A stretch of DNA of 64,000 nucleotides from Polyangiaceae bacterium (GCA_050287085.1 JBNKBE010000011.1:64001-128000), one strand, 5' to 3'. Counted from the first letter of the stretch, positions 29,766 through 41,906 are shown. The notes: generated by a model not told the origin, from the letters alone. Made by a program: numbers and translations.

Positions 29766-32700
29766 GTGACCGGCATTCCATCGAGACTCCAGAAGCCGCC
29801 CACGCGCTACCTGGGCGCGCGGCTCCATCGCCTCCAGGCGAGTGTGGTGCGGTGGCTGTGGCTCGGTGTGCTCGTCGCAAGCGCCCCGCAACCCGTGCAG
29901 GCGGCCCCCGAGCAGCGCACCACGGAGGAGGCGGAAGGGGCTTCCCTCCGCACCTACTCGTTGCGTCCCCCGACGGATGTCGCTTCACTCGTGGGGCGAC
30001 CCATCCGCGAGATGGTGCTGGTTTTGGACGACTCGGGGCCGGCTCCGGTCCGCTTCGACTGGGCGCCTCTCCATCAGCCCTTCAGCCCCAGCCTAGCCCG
30101 ACAGGCCCTCCGCGAGCTGCTGCGCAGCGGGCGCTTCGCGGCTCTCGACGTCGAGGTCGATGATCTAGGGGACGGGGTACGCCTGCGCTTCGTTGGGACC
30201 TCCCGCTACGTGGTGTCGCAGGTTGTGCTGCATGGCAACGTGCTGGCCCTCGATGAAACCCTGGAAGCGACGCGGCTTGGAGAAGGGCATGAGATCACCA
30301 GGCCCGCAGTCGCCAAGATCACGGCTCGACTCTGGCAGCTGTATCAAGACCGCGGGTTTCCATACGCGCGGATCTCTGGACGACTCAAGCAGCTACCAAA
30401 CACGCAGCGTGTTGACGTGATAGTCCGGATCGAAGCGGGTCGTCCCTTGCGCATCACAGACGTTAGGTTTCAGAAGGGGTCGGTACACAGCGAGCAACAA
30501 CGTGCATCGCTCGCCCACGTCGTTCAGCGCTACGGCATCGTCGCTGGGGACCGCGCCGACGAACTTGCCCTGCGAGCAGCCGACGAGCGCATGACGTGGG
30601 AGCTGAAGCGGCGTGGGTTTCGCACGGCGCTCGTCCGACACCAAACGCTCCCGGGTCGAGGTGGCGCAGCGGTGCTCGTTGATATCGCACAAGGCCCCGC
30701 AACCCTTGTGCGCTTCGAGGGCAACCACACCTTTGACAGCGCGGTGCTGCATGACGCCCTTGAGCTGGGCGAACGCGAGGACGTTTCCGTTCGAGCTCTC
30801 GTCAGCACGCTCGAGAACTTCTACGCGGAGCGAGGGTTTCTAGACATACAAATTACCCCAAAGCGGCTGCACGACGTCGGGCGAGAAGACCTTCTTCTTC
30901 AGGTGCACGAAGGCAGCCCCATTCGCATCGTGGCCCGCACCTACCCCTGTCTCGATGGGGGTCGCACGCCGCAAGAGCTGGACGCGGAACTTGACGCCTT
31001 CCTCCGGGAAACGCTGCCGGGCGGCGACGATCTGGTCGAAGCAGTTCATCCAGGGCTTGGGCGACAACACCTGCAACCAGAATTCAGCTCGAACCCGCCA
31101 CGCCCAGATGTGTTTCGTTTGGAACCCGCCGAAACCTACACACCCAGCGGATACGACAAGGCGGTGGCCCACCTCAGGGATCTGTTTCGCTCGGAAGGTT
31201 ACCTTGGTGCAGAGGTCGGCCCGGCCGTTCTGTTGCGACGGCAATGCACCAAGAACTCTTCGCCGGGAGCCTGTCAGCCCATCGGCGAAAGAGAAACTCT
31301 TCCCCTTCGCTGCGATGAGACGCCGCGAACGTTGGCGCCGACCGAAATTGCCCAAAGCCCATGCGTGGAGGACCCAACTCACGGCATCTACTGCGAGAGC
31401 AAGGCGGTACTGAGCATCCCGGTACAAAGAGGTCCCCAAACAAGCCTGTGGGACGTGCAATTCCGCGGCAATCACAACCTGCTCGATGCCCAGCTTGGCG
31501 AGGTGGCTGCACTGCAGCCGGGTGCTCCGCTCTCGCAGGTCGCGCTTCAGGAAGCGCGGCGACATCTGCTGGATCTGTATGCCGATCACGGCTTCGCCTT
31601 CGCCAGCGTCGAGGCGACCATCGAGTTGTCCGCGGATAAGACTCGCGGCCTCGCCGTCTTCAATATCGGGGAACGCGCCCAAGTCCGTGTCGCGGACATC
31701 CAGATCCGAGGCGCCGAACGGACGAGCCACGGTCTGATCCTGAGTCGCCTGGAGTTGCAACGCGGCGACCTATTCCGCCGCGACAAAGTCCGCGAAAGTG
31801 AAGAGCAGCTTGCGACCCTTGGAACGTTTGCCAGCGTCAAGATCGGCCTCCTCGATCCGGATGTGCCAGCGCGCTCGAAGACCGTGGTCGTCACAGTGAG
31901 CGAGTTGCCCTCGCAATACGTCGACCTGCGCCCAGGCGTGAGCACCGGGGAAGGCTGGCGCGCCCGTCTTGAATACGGGCATCGCAATGTGGGGTCCCGC
32001 GCCATCCAGGCGCGTCTGCGCGTACAACTTGGCTACCTGCCCGATTGGCTCATCTTCGACAATCAAGTCCGGCAGCGCTTCACACGACTGGAGTTCAGCG
32101 ACCGACTGGAGCGCCGCAATACCCTCACCTTCGAGTTCCCCATCGCCAAGCGGCTTCGGCTCACGGTGGACGGGGTGGATGCGCGAGACAACTCGCGCGA
32201 CTTCGGCCTCACTAAGCGCGCGGGGCTCTTGACCTTTGGCTACCGCCCAAGCCGCGCCATCTCCTTGCAGATCGGCGCTTCCTTCGAGCTCAATGACGCC
32301 CGTATCTTCAACGCGACGGAGAGTCTCGAAACCTATCTGCGCTCCAACCCTCAGCTTGTTCGCCTGCTGAACGTCCCAGACGGGCGCAGCTTTGCTCTGG
32401 CGGGCCGCATCGGCGCCAATCTCGACCGGACCGACAATCCACTCGGCGCCACCCGAGGCTATCGCTTGTCCGCAGAGATTGAACCTGTCATCGCGTTCTT
32501 GAGCGAGGACAACGTCCTATTCGTACCCGAGCAGTGCTCCGGCCCTAATGCAACGAGCAGTTGCGAATTCAAGAGTCGCTTCTTGAAGGTTACGCAAAGC
32601 ATGGCCGGCTATATTCCCTTCAATGACGCCGGCCTCAGTCTCGCCTTGAGTTTGCGGTGGGGAGCCAACATACAACTAGTGCCAAATTCCAGCACCTACC

Positions 32701-33104
32701 CGGATCGCTTGTTCTTCTTCGGCGGCGGCGACTCCCTTCGCGGATTCCTGCAGGCGTCCGTGATCCCACAAGACATAGCCGCCGAGCTCCGACCGGGGGC
32801 GGATGCCACAGAGCTCCACCCCGAGGATGTGGTCATTCGCGGAGGTGACTTCGTGTTGAACCCCCGTGCCGAGCTGCGCATTCCACTCACCAAGTCAATT
32901 CATACTGCTGTATTCGTGGATAGCGGAAACGTGTGGCGCAAGCTGGAGAACGTAGACCCGACCCAGCTACGCTATACCGCAGGCACCGGTATCCGCGCGA
33001 TCACACCCATCGGCCCGCTTGCCTTCGACTATGGTATCAAGTTGGATCCGCGCTTCTACGACACGTCACCGGGAGCTTTTCACTTCAGCGTCGGACTGTT
33101 CTGA
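29766..33104 (+). CDS. Omp85 family (BamA/TamA-like) outer membrane protein with POTRA domains
   Basis: Repeated POTRA motifs (F.GN...Y...G[FY]), FFFGGGDSLRGF, ELRIPL, FVDSGNVW, G.GIR..TPIGPL.FDYG, C-terminal FHFSVGLF; exact start uncertain. Confidence 0.9.
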   Translation: MTGIPSRLQKPPTRYLGARLHRLQASVVRWLWLGVLVASAPQPVQAAPEQRTTEEAEGASLRTYSLRPPTDVASLVGRPIREMVLVLDDSGPAPVRFDWAPLHQPFSPSLARQALRELLRSGRFAALDVEVDDLGDGVRLRFVGTSRYVVSQVVLHGNVLALDETLEATRLGEGHEITRPAVAKITARLWQLYQDRGFPYARISGRLKQLPNTQRVDVIVRIEAGRPLRITDVRFQKGSVHSEQQRASLAHVVQRYGIVAGDRADELALRAADERMTWELKRRGFRTALVRHQTLPGRGGAAVLVDIAQGPATLVRFEGNHTFDSAVLHDALELGEREDVSVRALVSTLENFYAERGFLDIQITPKRLHDVGREDLLLQVHEGSPIRIVARTYPCLDGGRTPQELDAELDAFLRETLPGGDDLVEAVHPGLGRQHLQPEFSSNPPRPDVFRLEPAETYTPSGYDKAVAHLRDLFRSEGYLGAEVGPAVLLRRQCTKNSSPGACQPIGERETLPLRCDETPRTLAPTEIAQSPCVEDPTHGIYCESKAVLSIPVQRGPQTSLWDVQFRGNHNLLDAQLGEVAALQPGAPLSQVALQEARRHLLDLYADHGFAFASVEATIELSADKTRGLAVFNIGERAQVRVADIQIRGAERTSHGLILSRLELQRGDLFRRDKVRESEEQLATLGTFASVKIGLLDPDVPARSKTVVVTVSELPSQYVDLRPGVSTGEGWRARLEYGHRNVGSRAIQARLRVQLGYLPDWLIFDNQVRQRFTRLEFSDRLERRNTLTFEFPIAKRLRLTVDGVDARDNSRDFGLTKRAGLLTFGYRPSRAISLQIGASFELNDARIFNATESLETYLRSNPQLVRLLNVPDGRSFALAGRIGANLDRTDNPLGATRGYRLSAEIEPVIAFLSEDNVLFVPEQCSGPNATSSCEFKSRFLKVTQSMAGYIPFNDAGLSLALSLRWGANIQLVPNSSTYPDRLFFFGGGDSLRGFLQASVIPQDIAAELRPGADATELHPEDVVIRGGDFVLNPRAELRIPLTKSIHTAVFVDSGNVWRKLENVDPTQLRYTAGTGIRAITPIGPLAFDYGIKLDPRFYDTSPGAFHFSVGLF

Positions 33105-33141
33105 GCTCTCTGCCCCTCACCCCGCTCCTCAAAGCATCTTC

Positions 33142-33861
33142 ATGAACCGATCCGCCCAAGAGCTCGACGCCAACGTTGAGCGAAAAAAGTTCGATCGAGC
33201 GGCACGCAACTATGAACAACTGCTCAACGAGAGCATTGGAGCAAGTGGCGAGTCCGCTGACTACTTTCGACAGCACAAGGTCGAGTGCCTGAGGACACAT
33301 GGGGCACAAACCCCGCTGTTGGACTTTGGCTGCGGAACGGGTGGTGTCACCCGCTACCTGGTCGAGGCCTTTGACGAGGTGCACGGCGTTGACGCCTCAC
33401 TCGAGAGCTTAAGTGTGGCCCGCCGCCGCGTCGACAGCGCAACGTTCTACGAGCACCCAGAGCGAATCCCCAAAGGGCATTTTCGTAGCGTGCTGGTATC
33501 GGGAGTCCTCCACCACGTTCCGCCAGGACAGCGCCGCGCAGTTCTGCGTCGCATCTGGCGATCCCTGCGCCCGGGCGGCCGCATCTTCGTCTTCGAGCAC
33601 AACCCTCTCAACCCCCTGACGCGGCGGGCTGTCGCTCAGTGCGAATTCGACGACGACGCGGTATTGCTATGGCCGGGGGAGCTGCGACGTCGGTTGTTGA
33701 GCGCTGGTTTTGAAACGCCGCGTGTCCACTACGTGCTGTTCTTTCCCCATTCGCTCGCTTCGCTGCGTCCCTTGGAGCCAAAGCTTGAATGGTGCCCGGC
33801 GGGCGCTCAAACACTGACGGTGGCACGGCGCCCCGTCAGCGACGCATGCGACGACGACTAG
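33142..33861 (+). CDS. Class I SAM-dependent methyltransferase
   Basis: LDFGCGTG, GVD.S, VLHHVP, LRPGG.IFVFEHNPLNPLTR, FDDDA.LL. Confidence 0.88.
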   Translation: MNRSAQELDANVERKKFDRAARNYEQLLNESIGASGESADYFRQHKVECLRTHGAQTPLLDFGCGTGGVTRYLVEAFDEVHGVDASLESLSVARRRVDSATFYEHPERIPKGHFRSVLVSGVLHHVPPGQRRAVLRRIWRSLRPGGRIFVFEHNPLNPLTRRAVAQCEFDDDAVLLWPGELRRRLLSAGFETPRVHYVLFFPHSLASLRPLEPKLEWCPAGAQTLTVARRPVSDACDDD

Positions 33862-34174
33862 AGGCTGTCGCGGGTCCAGCGATACAGCTGGAAAGCCCCT
33901 CGGCTTGACTCAGGGTGCGTCTGTGCATCCCCGTCCAAGGTGTCTCTAGCCCTGGTCCGAGGCGCCGCGAACACGGTGATCTGCCTCGGATTGCGACACC
34001 CTTGAGATCAAGTATCACGAGAGGATTCCGTTCGCGCCCCATCTTGGGAACGGAACCGGGTAAGATCCGCGTCGCGATGATGCGCGCTGATGCTGCAACA
34101 GGCACCCCCCGGCTGGATGGGTCCCACAAAGGACACGGTCCCTCTAGCGCCGAAATTCGCGGCTGGTAGCATAG

Positions 34175-34199
34175 GGAACTGCGGAACGTCGCGAACGTT
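34175..34199 (+). promoter_or_regulatory. Possible ECF sigma promoter (GGAAC-N17-GTT)
   Basis: GGAAC at 34175-34179, GTT at 34197-34199, about 60 nt before the lipoprotein start. Confidence 0.25.
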
Positions 34200-34262
34200 A
34201 CCGGAGTGCCCGCGACTTTTGTCCATCGTGGGACCGCATAGACCGATACTGATGGAGACTCA

Positions 34263-35186
34263 ATGCTTCGCAATCACGCTCGTACCCTAGGTTTGACTGG
34301 CCTCTGTGCCCTGCTCGGCGCCGTCGCCTGTGCGGAAGACACGGAGCCTGCCGGAGCGAACAACGACGGGAACGGACCGGTTGTTATCGCCCCTGATCTC
34401 GGGGCAGGTGCTGCCGGCACCACGGCCGCTCCCACCGGCCCCACCAACAATCCACCGACCCAGCCACCGCTTAACACAGCCGGCACCACTGGTAATCCGA
34501 TGGCGGGCGCCGCGGGTAGTGCACCGGACACGACGGACCCCGTCGGAGCAGCCGGTGCCGCAGGCAACGACACGATGCCCGACACAGGCAACGACACCGC
34601 GCCCATGGGCAATCCCGATGCTGAACCCGAGGTTCCAATCACGGCCGATGGCTGGTTCGGTGCCGATAGCAACTTCTACGGCTTCACCGGCTCTTGGTAC
34701 TGCTACGACGACTCCGCGGCCACGGGCAACACCACCTCGTGTGTGACCGACGAACCGCCGCTGAGAGACGGCAAGATGTGTCTGAGCGGCACCACGACCG
34801 TCCGCGACATGGGCGACTACACGAATTGGGGCGCGGCGATCGAAGTCGCCCTACAAGACGACGGCGGAACCAAGAAGCCCTACGACGCGGCAGCCGCGGG
34901 TATCAAGGGCTTCTCTTTCACCATCGAAGGCGACACGGGCGGAGCTGTGCTCGAGTTCCAGATACCTCGTGAAGCTTCCGCTGAGGACGCGCCGCCCTCT
35001 ACCGTCGTGAGCACCGCTGGCGACTACACCGTTGACTTTGGCGATCTGATGTCCGCGAGCTGGGATACGATCGAGCCGGGAGCCGGCCCCAACCCCGACA
35101 GCCTCTACATCATGGTCTGGAAGGTCAAGGGAGGCGAATCGGCCAGTTCATACGACTTCTGCGTCACCAACGTAAAAGCCTACTGA
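34263..35186 (+). CDS. Lipoprotein with low-complexity linker and C-terminal carbohydrate-binding-like beta-sandwich
   Basis: SD GGAG, lipobox AVA-C, G/A/T/P linker, acidic domain with GSWYCYDD, WGAAI, YDA...GIKGFSF.I.G, YDFCVTNV. Confidence 0.65.
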   Translation: MLRNHARTLGLTGLCALLGAVACAEDTEPAGANNDGNGPVVIAPDLGAGAAGTTAAPTGPTNNPPTQPPLNTAGTTGNPMAGAAGSAPDTTDPVGAAGAAGNDTMPDTGNDTAPMGNPDAEPEVPITADGWFGADSNFYGFTGSWYCYDDSAATGNTTSCVTDEPPLRDGKMCLSGTTTVRDMGDYTNWGAAIEVALQDDGGTKKPYDAAAAGIKGFSFTIEGDTGGAVLEFQIPREASAEDAPPSTVVSTAGDYTVDFGDLMSASWDTIEPGAGPNPDSLYIMVWKVKGGESASSYDFCVTNVKAY

Positions 35187-35209
35187 CTCGCGGTTAACGC
35201 GAGGAAGGC

Positions 35210-35250
35210 GAAAGAAGCGCGCTCCCTTAACGGGCAGCGCGCTTCTTTCA
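35210..35250. terminator. Probable bidirectional intrinsic terminator
   Basis: 14-bp perfect stem GAAAGAAGCGCGCT/AGCGCGCTTCTTTC between convergent genes, T-rich on both strands; second small hairpin CTCGCG-N5-CGCGAG at 35187. Confidence 0.75.
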
Positions 35251-35417
35251 TTCCCAGGGCCCGCGACCAGGAAAGTCAGTCGCGTGCCGGGCGGGACCTC
35301 CGCGTGGGGAGCGCAGGTAGCTCGAGGAGCGCAGGGACGAGCCCGCCCCCCAACGGCAAGAGGTCGGTCCGTGTAGCAGGACTTTCCCATTCGCGAGCCC
35401 TTCGCAAGCTGCCTACC

Positions 35418-36047
35418 TCAACCAGCGAAGCCGTTGAAGTAGGGCAGGGCGGCCGCGGTTTTCTCGATTTCTGTACGCCCAGCAAGCAACTCCGTAGTCG
35501 AGTCCCATCGGCCTTCGATGAAGGCTTGACGCGGCCCTTCTGGCATTTCGAAAGAGACGACGAGGCTGCCCGCACGAATGCTCTTCTCGCGCAGATTCAC
35601 CCTCAGCTCGAGCGTCGGCTCACGCTCCACGGCCGCCATCAGGGCTTCGACATCAGCCGCGCTGACCACGGGGCAAGGGATCCCAAGCGCGATGCAGTTG
35701 CCGTAGAAGATCTCAGCGAAGCTCTCTCCTATGATAGCTCCGATCCCCTGGCCCCAGCGCATGATGGCTTGCGGCGCATGCTCACGCGATGAGCCACAGC
35801 CAAAGTTCTTATTCACCAGCATGACCCGGGCGTTAGAAAAGCGCTCTTCATCGAGGGGATGCGTCTTGCCGGCCTCTCTTAGCTGCTCACGGTCGTCTTC
35901 GAATGCGTGCTGTCCCAACCCGTCGAATACGGTCGTTCGAAGGTAGCGGGCAGGAATGATGCGATCGGTATCAACATCGTTGCCCCGCACCGGAATACCC
36001 GGCCCAACAATTTCGGCTCGCTTAACGCCGTCCATATCTTGACTCAT
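35418..36047 (-). CDS. leuD: 3-isopropylmalate dehydratase small subunit
   Basis: [37 protein letters not shown]. Confidence 0.95.
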   Translation of the reverse strand: MSQDMDGVKRAEIVGPGIPVRGNDVDTDRIIPARYLRTTVFDGLGQHAFEDDREQLREAGKTHPLDEERFSNARVMLVNKNFGCGSSREHAPQAIMRWGQGIGAIIGESFAEIFYGNCIALGIPCPVVSAADVEALMAAVEREPTLELRVNLREKSIRAGSLVVSFEMPEGPRQAFIEGRWDSTTELLAGRTEIEKTAAALPYFNGFAG

Positions 36048-36068
36048 TATTGCTTCTCCTGCTCCGGT

Positions 36069-37487
<1,419 letters not shown>

Positions 37488-37568
37488 GTTGTTTCCTTCT
37501 GCTCGAGCACCGCTGACTGAGGCCCGGCCAGCGGTGCGAGCCAAGCCAGTCCAGCGGTGCAGTCGTGT

Positions 37569-38024
37569 CTAGACGCTTCTACTCTTCTGCAGCATGCGCT
37601 CCAGGCCATTGCCAAGGGCTGCCGCAAAGTCCGAGAACTGATCCAGTTGTGCCCCGTCGAGCTGCGACCAGACCTCTTCAATGGCTTGGGCGCGGCTACG
37701 TCGGAGCCTGCTCATCACCCGTCTCCCCTTGACCGTCAAGGTGTAGGTCCGCTTGCGTGCATCTGCATCGCTGAGACTGACCGCGACGAGTTCCTTTTCG
37801 AGAAGCTGGCGCAACGTCTTCGAAACGGCGGCGGCTGAGCTCTCGCGCCGACGAGCAAACATGCTTGGCATGAAGTGCTCAGTTGCCACCTCCTCCAGCA
37901 CCTCCCATTGCTGTTCAGTCACCCCGACGCTCTCAGCCAGGGCACTCCGTCGTTTGCGGAACAACTCCGTCAACCGCTGTAGCTGGCCAATAGCACGATG
38001 AATCTGTTCAGTGGAAGGCACCAC
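37569..38024 (-). CDS. MarR family transcriptional regulator
   Basis: GVTEQQWEVL, SAAAVSKTLRQLLEKELV, DARKR.YTLT.KG winged-helix pattern. Confidence 0.85.
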   Translation of the reverse strand: MVPSTEQIHRAIGQLQRLTELFRKRRSALAESVGVTEQQWEVLEEVATEHFMPSMFARRRESSAAAVSKTLRQLLEKELVAVSLSDADARKRTYTLTVKGRRVMSRLRRSRAQAIEEVWSQLDGAQLDQFSDFAAALGNGLERMLQKSRSV

Positions 38025-38030
38025 GCCCCT

Positions 38031-38059
38031 ATTATTAACCCACGTTAACTATTAATCAA
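38031..38059 (-). promoter_or_regulatory. Sigma70-type promoter of marR-leuCD with embedded palindrome (candidate operator)
   Basis: TTGATT-N17-AATAAT, 6 nt before the GTG start; TTAAC-N4-GTTAA inverted repeat at 38035-38048; AT-rich island in high-GC DNA. Confidence 0.7.
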
Positions 38060-38116
38060 GGGAGAACTTCGCGGAAGCTCTGGGCAACCGGCGTCCCCCC
38101 TGATACTTTGCCTCTC

Positions 38117-39622
38117 GTGAGTGCCGTCTTGGGCGTGTTGAGTCGCTCGGATCCCGTCTTCGCCGGTACGGGCCTGTTGGCTGCATTGGTCCTACTAGTG
38201 GCCCATGCGTTGCTCGTTGCGCGCGAGGACCGTCATGGCGCTCGAGCTCCGCTCGTCATGCTCGGCGGGCACGTCGCGCTCACGTTCGTTCTTCACGCCT
38301 TGGGGCGTGACCACCGTGCAGAAGCCTTGGTTCGGATCTCCGCCGCCACGCTGCTCCTACTGAGCCTCGGGCGGCTGGTCTTCCTGCTCTTCGTCAACTC
38401 ATTTTGGATCCGGCGCTTTGCGCAGCCGCTGCCCAAGATCTTCCGTGATGTCGTTCAGGCCTTCATCTACGTGGGGGTTGGGCTCTTGGTCCTACGAGTC
38501 GGAGGCGTCGAACCGGGCTCTTTGCTGACGACGTCAGCACTATTGACCGCGGTCATCGGTCTATCGTTGCAAGACACACTCGGAAACCTATTTGCCGGTC
38601 TGGCGATTCAAGTTCAGCGCCCATTCGACGTAGGAGACTGGATCGAGTTCGACGGTGATACCGCTCACGCCGGGCAAGTGCTGGAGATCAACTGGCGAGC
38701 CACCCGGATTCGCACTCTGGGAAGGGTTGAAATCACCGTCCCCAACGGGGCCCTCGCCCGCGCCCCAATAGTCAACTACTCCACCCCCACCGCCGTGGTG
38801 CGCCGTGAGGTCACCATCGCTTGCCCCCTCGACGTATCCCCCGAGCAAGCAAGAACTACCTTGCTCCAGGGTCTGACCGATGTCCCGGGTGTGCTGCAAG
38901 AGCCCCCTCCAAACGCATTGCTGGATGACTACAGCGACCGAGGGCTCTCGTTTCGGGTGGTCTACTTCATCAATAGTTTCGAACAACGTGAACGCGTCGC
39001 CAGCCGAGTCCGAGAGCAACTCTGGTACGCCTTGGCGCGAGCCGGCACCGCAATCCCGATGCCACAACGCGAGCTGACCGTGCAGCGACGCGGTCCTTCA
39101 TACGCCTCTCCTCGGACTGCAAACGTCGAGCTACTGCGCCAGCTCGACTTCTTCTCCTCGTTGCAGAATGCCGAGCTCGACACGCTGGCCAAGAGTTGCC
39201 GGACCTTGATGTTCGGGCCAGGTGAATACATCGTGCGGACCGGAGAGGAGGACCGCAAAATGTTTGTGATTGCGGCAGGGCGAGTACGCATTGCCTCGCG
39301 CCACAACCTCCCTGACCAGTCGAATACAGTCGCGCACCTCGGTCCGGGCGACTTCTTTGGCGAAATGTCACTCATGACAGGCGCCGCACGCTCAGCCGAC
39401 GTGATCGCCGAGACAGAAGCTCACGTCTTGGTGCTCACACGCGACTCAATAGCCCCTCTACTGGAACGACACCCCGAGTTGGTCGAGCGCATCAGCCAAG
39501 TGCTTGCAGTGCGACGTGCACGACTTGACGAGCTAGACGGCTCACATTCAAAAGCCCCGGCAAAAAAGGCCGACGACGAGGCGGAGCTACTACAACGTAT
39601 CCGCCGATTCTTCGCTCTTTGA
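38117..39622 (+). CDS. MscS-family mechanosensitive channel with C-terminal cNMP-binding domain
   Basis: IGLSLQDTLGNLFAG, PFDVGDWI, G.V.EINWRAT, VPN; GDFFGEMSLMTGAARSADV (cNMP). ORF open from 38108. Confidence 0.9.
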   Translation: MSAVLGVLSRSDPVFAGTGLLAALVLLVAHALLVAREDRHGARAPLVMLGGHVALTFVLHALGRDHRAEALVRISAATLLLLSLGRLVFLLFVNSFWIRRFAQPLPKIFRDVVQAFIYVGVGLLVLRVGGVEPGSLLTTSALLTAVIGLSLQDTLGNLFAGLAIQVQRPFDVGDWIEFDGDTAHAGQVLEINWRATRIRTLGRVEITVPNGALARAPIVNYSTPTAVVRREVTIACPLDVSPEQARTTLLQGLTDVPGVLQEPPPNALLDDYSDRGLSFRVVYFINSFEQRERVASRVREQLWYALARAGTAIPMPQRELTVQRRGPSYASPRTANVELLRQLDFFSSLQNAELDTLAKSCRTLMFGPGEYIVRTGEEDRKMFVIAAGRVRIASRHNLPDQSNTVAHLGPGDFFGEMSLMTGAARSADVIAETEAHVLVLTRDSIAPLLERHPELVERISQVLAVRRARLDELDGSHSKAPAKKADDEAELLQRIRRFFAL

Positions 39623-39694
39623 AGCGTCGCTCGACGGCCATCGCGCGGGAGGCGCCCCGCACGACTCAATGACGAGGGGAACGGCCGGGCACGC

Positions 39695-40651
39695 TCAGTG
39701 CCGGCGGGGCGTCACGATCACCTGCACAGGGGCTCTGGACGCGCCCCACGGGCCGCGCTGCTCCCTTCCGTAGGTCGGACGGATCCGGGCCTGGATGTTG
39801 CGCCTGCGAGGCGTATCGCTGAGGGCCAGCAGACGCTCGATTCGTTCCTGGGTGGCAGGATGGGAGTCTAGCCAACCGGACCTCCTGTGCAGTCCAAAAA
39901 GCCGACTCCACAGGCTTAGATTGGCCGATTCAAGCTTGCTGAGGGCGGAGGCCAAAGCCTCCGGCCGTCCCGTGAGAGTGGCGGCTGACGTGTCTGCCGC
40001 AAACTCACGAGAGCGCGAAATGGCGGAATGAAGTACGCCAAAGAGGAGAGGAAGCGTCCAACTCAACAAGACCAGCAGCAGCCAACTCCCCAAGCCTTCA
40101 CCTGTGATCCAAGTTGAGACGAAACCGAGCAGTACCGCGGCGCGCACGAGTGCCAGCGCCGACTGAGCCGCGGCCACGGTCCAGCGCTTGAGTCGAGTGT
40201 CCCCATGGCGCAGATGGCTTATCTCGTGTGCGACAACGGCTTCTAGCTCGTCCGGATCGAGACGCTGAAGGAGACCTGCGCTGAGGGCAAGAGCCCCACG
40301 CGCGTCACGGGTTTCAACCGCCATCGCGTTCGGCACCGGGGATGGCAGCCAGTACAAGCGCGGTGCGGCAATCCCCACACGATGACTGAGTGTCGATACG
40401 ATCAGCGTCAACTCACGGGCGGCGTGTTCACCGAGCGGCCTAGCCCGCGAGAGTCGCAAGACCAGTTCCCCATTGGCTGTTGCGATCCCGGTCAGGGCAA
40501 GAAGCGCGGCCCCCCCTATGAGACCCGGCATGCCGAGCAAGAAGTAGCTGACCCATCCCGCCAAAGCCACGATCGCCGCCGCGAGCGCCGAGCTCCTGAG
40601 CGCGTCAGCCTTGAGAAGTCGATGAGCCAGCGAGTGGGTACGAGGGGACAT
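39695..40651 (-). CDS. htpX: HtpX-like M48 zinc metalloprotease
   Basis: PNAMA, ELEAVVAHEISH, ISRSREFAAD, LASALSKL, SHPATQERI. Confidence 0.8.
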   Translation of the reverse strand: MSPRTHSLAHRLLKADALRSSALAAAIVALAGWVSYFLLGMPGLIGGAALLALTGIATANGELVLRLSRARPLGEHAARELTLIVSTLSHRVGIAAPRLYWLPSPVPNAMAVETRDARGALALSAGLLQRLDPDELEAVVAHEISHLRHGDTRLKRWTVAAAQSALALVRAAVLLGFVSTWITGEGLGSWLLLVLLSWTLPLLFGVLHSAISRSREFAADTSAATLTGRPEALASALSKLESANLSLWSRLFGLHRRSGWLDSHPATQERIERLLALSDTPRRRNIQARIRPTYGREQRGPWGASRAPVQVIVTPRRH

Positions 40652-40733
40652 GGCAGTTTCAACCTGCGGCGCCTCCCCTTGATGTCAAGCCCCGGACCTA
40701 CATTGACAAGCCTTCCTTCGGCCCCAGGGGGGC

Positions 40734-41756
40734 TCAAAGGTCAAACTCTATCCCAAGCGTCGGTCCGAGAAAGTACGTGGGCGCCCGCGCCACCCAGCGC
40801 GCTGATTTGGGACTGGACCCGTCAGCACGCAAGGCACTTGGCCATTCCGCGTAGGCGGTAAGAGCAAGGGTGAAGGCATCACTCCGCCCCAGGCGAATGC
40901 CCAGATCGCCCATTACAAAAGGCGTTGTATAGGCACGCACGATAGCGTCCTCTCCGTCCATATACCAAACGGCCCCGCGGCGCAGAAAGCCGGCACCACC
41001 GGAGCCAAAGACGCCGAAGCGGCCCCATTGGCTGAAGGCGCGAGCGGAGACACCAAGCCCCGCGCCGTAGCGCAATACGCTGGCCGTGATCTGCTGCTCT
41101 CGAATCTCCTGTCGATCCATGTTTTGGCCATTTGCTGAACTATCGCCGCTCAGCTCTCCGCCCAGGTCAATTCCGAGCTCGGCGAGCTCGCCTGGAGTGA
41201 GCGTTAAGCCATCCGGACCCAGCGCAGCCCCAAAGCCCGTCGCATTGCCCGATAGCTGCCCCTGACCGTCGACCACCCCATCCAGCCCCGCTTGTGGAAC
41301 GGATACCCGCGTCCTACGGGTAAATGATCCCCAGGAGTAGTCCAGCAGGGCCAAACCAAACCCCCCCACGGCAAAATGTGACCACTCGTGGCTCATGCCG
41401 ACCCTGAAGGCAGCCCCAATCGGCGTCAGCGCACGACACGGGGCTCCCGGACAGTGTGTGCTGAAAGCGTGACGGCGGACGTCGCCCCATAGCGCCGTCA
41501 TCGAGCTGTCGAACACCCCCTTCCGACCGCCCCCGTGACGCGCGCCCCCGTGACGCGCGCCGCCTCGACGGTGGCCACTCTCCTGTCGACGGAGGGGCGC
41601 TTCCAGACTACCCACTACCGGGGGCAAGGCCTCCGGGTTCTCACCTGCGCGTTCCACAGCACCCCGACCCGTCGCGGACCAAGCGACGTGAGGGATGACG
41701 ATGAGCGCTACGATCAACGAAGCTCTCCCGACGACCAATGTGGATCGTGATGGCAT
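40734..41756 (-). CDS. Secreted hypothetical protein (beta-strand-rich, possible outer membrane protein)
   Basis: Signal peptide after MPSRST; amphipathic strands; ends GPTLGIEFDL; start uncertain. Confidence 0.55.
   Translation of the reverse strand: MPSRSTLVVGRASLIVALIVIPHVAWSATGRGAVERAGENPEALPPVVGSLEAPLRRQESGHRRGGARHGGARHGGGRKGVFDSSMTALWGDVRRHAFSTHCPGAPCRALTPIGAAFRVGMSHEWSHFAVGGFGLALLDYSWGSFTRRTRVSVPQAGLDGVVDGQGQLSGNATGFGAALGPDGLTLTPGELAELGIDLGGELSGDSSANGQNMDRQEIREQQITASVLRYGAGLGVSARAFSQWGRFGVFGSGGAGFLRRGAVWYMDGEDAIVRAYTTPFVMGDLGIRLGRSDAFTLALTAYAEWPSALRADGSSPKSARWVARAPTYFLGPTLGIEFDL
41531..41560. repeat. 15-bp tandem repeat x2 (CCCCGTGACGCGCGC)
   Basis: Two exact copies; encodes GGARH x2. 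Confidence 0.85.
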
Positions 41757-41906
41757 GAGCGCGCCAAAACTCCGCAGGACAAAGAGCAGCGAGCTCCGGG
41801 CGAATAGGTTCGAAGGGAACGCCTCGCGGCTTTTTTCGGTCTCGGGCTGGCAAGAGGATAAAACGTGCATGGTTCTCCGCGGTCGAGCGCACTCGCGCCT
41901 CCGAGA

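Noticed and set aside
33862..34262. 6S, SRP or other known ncRNA in the 400-bp gap
   Set aside because: Only an isolated TTCCGTTC/GAACGGAA hairpin; no SRP core or 6S-like rod recognised
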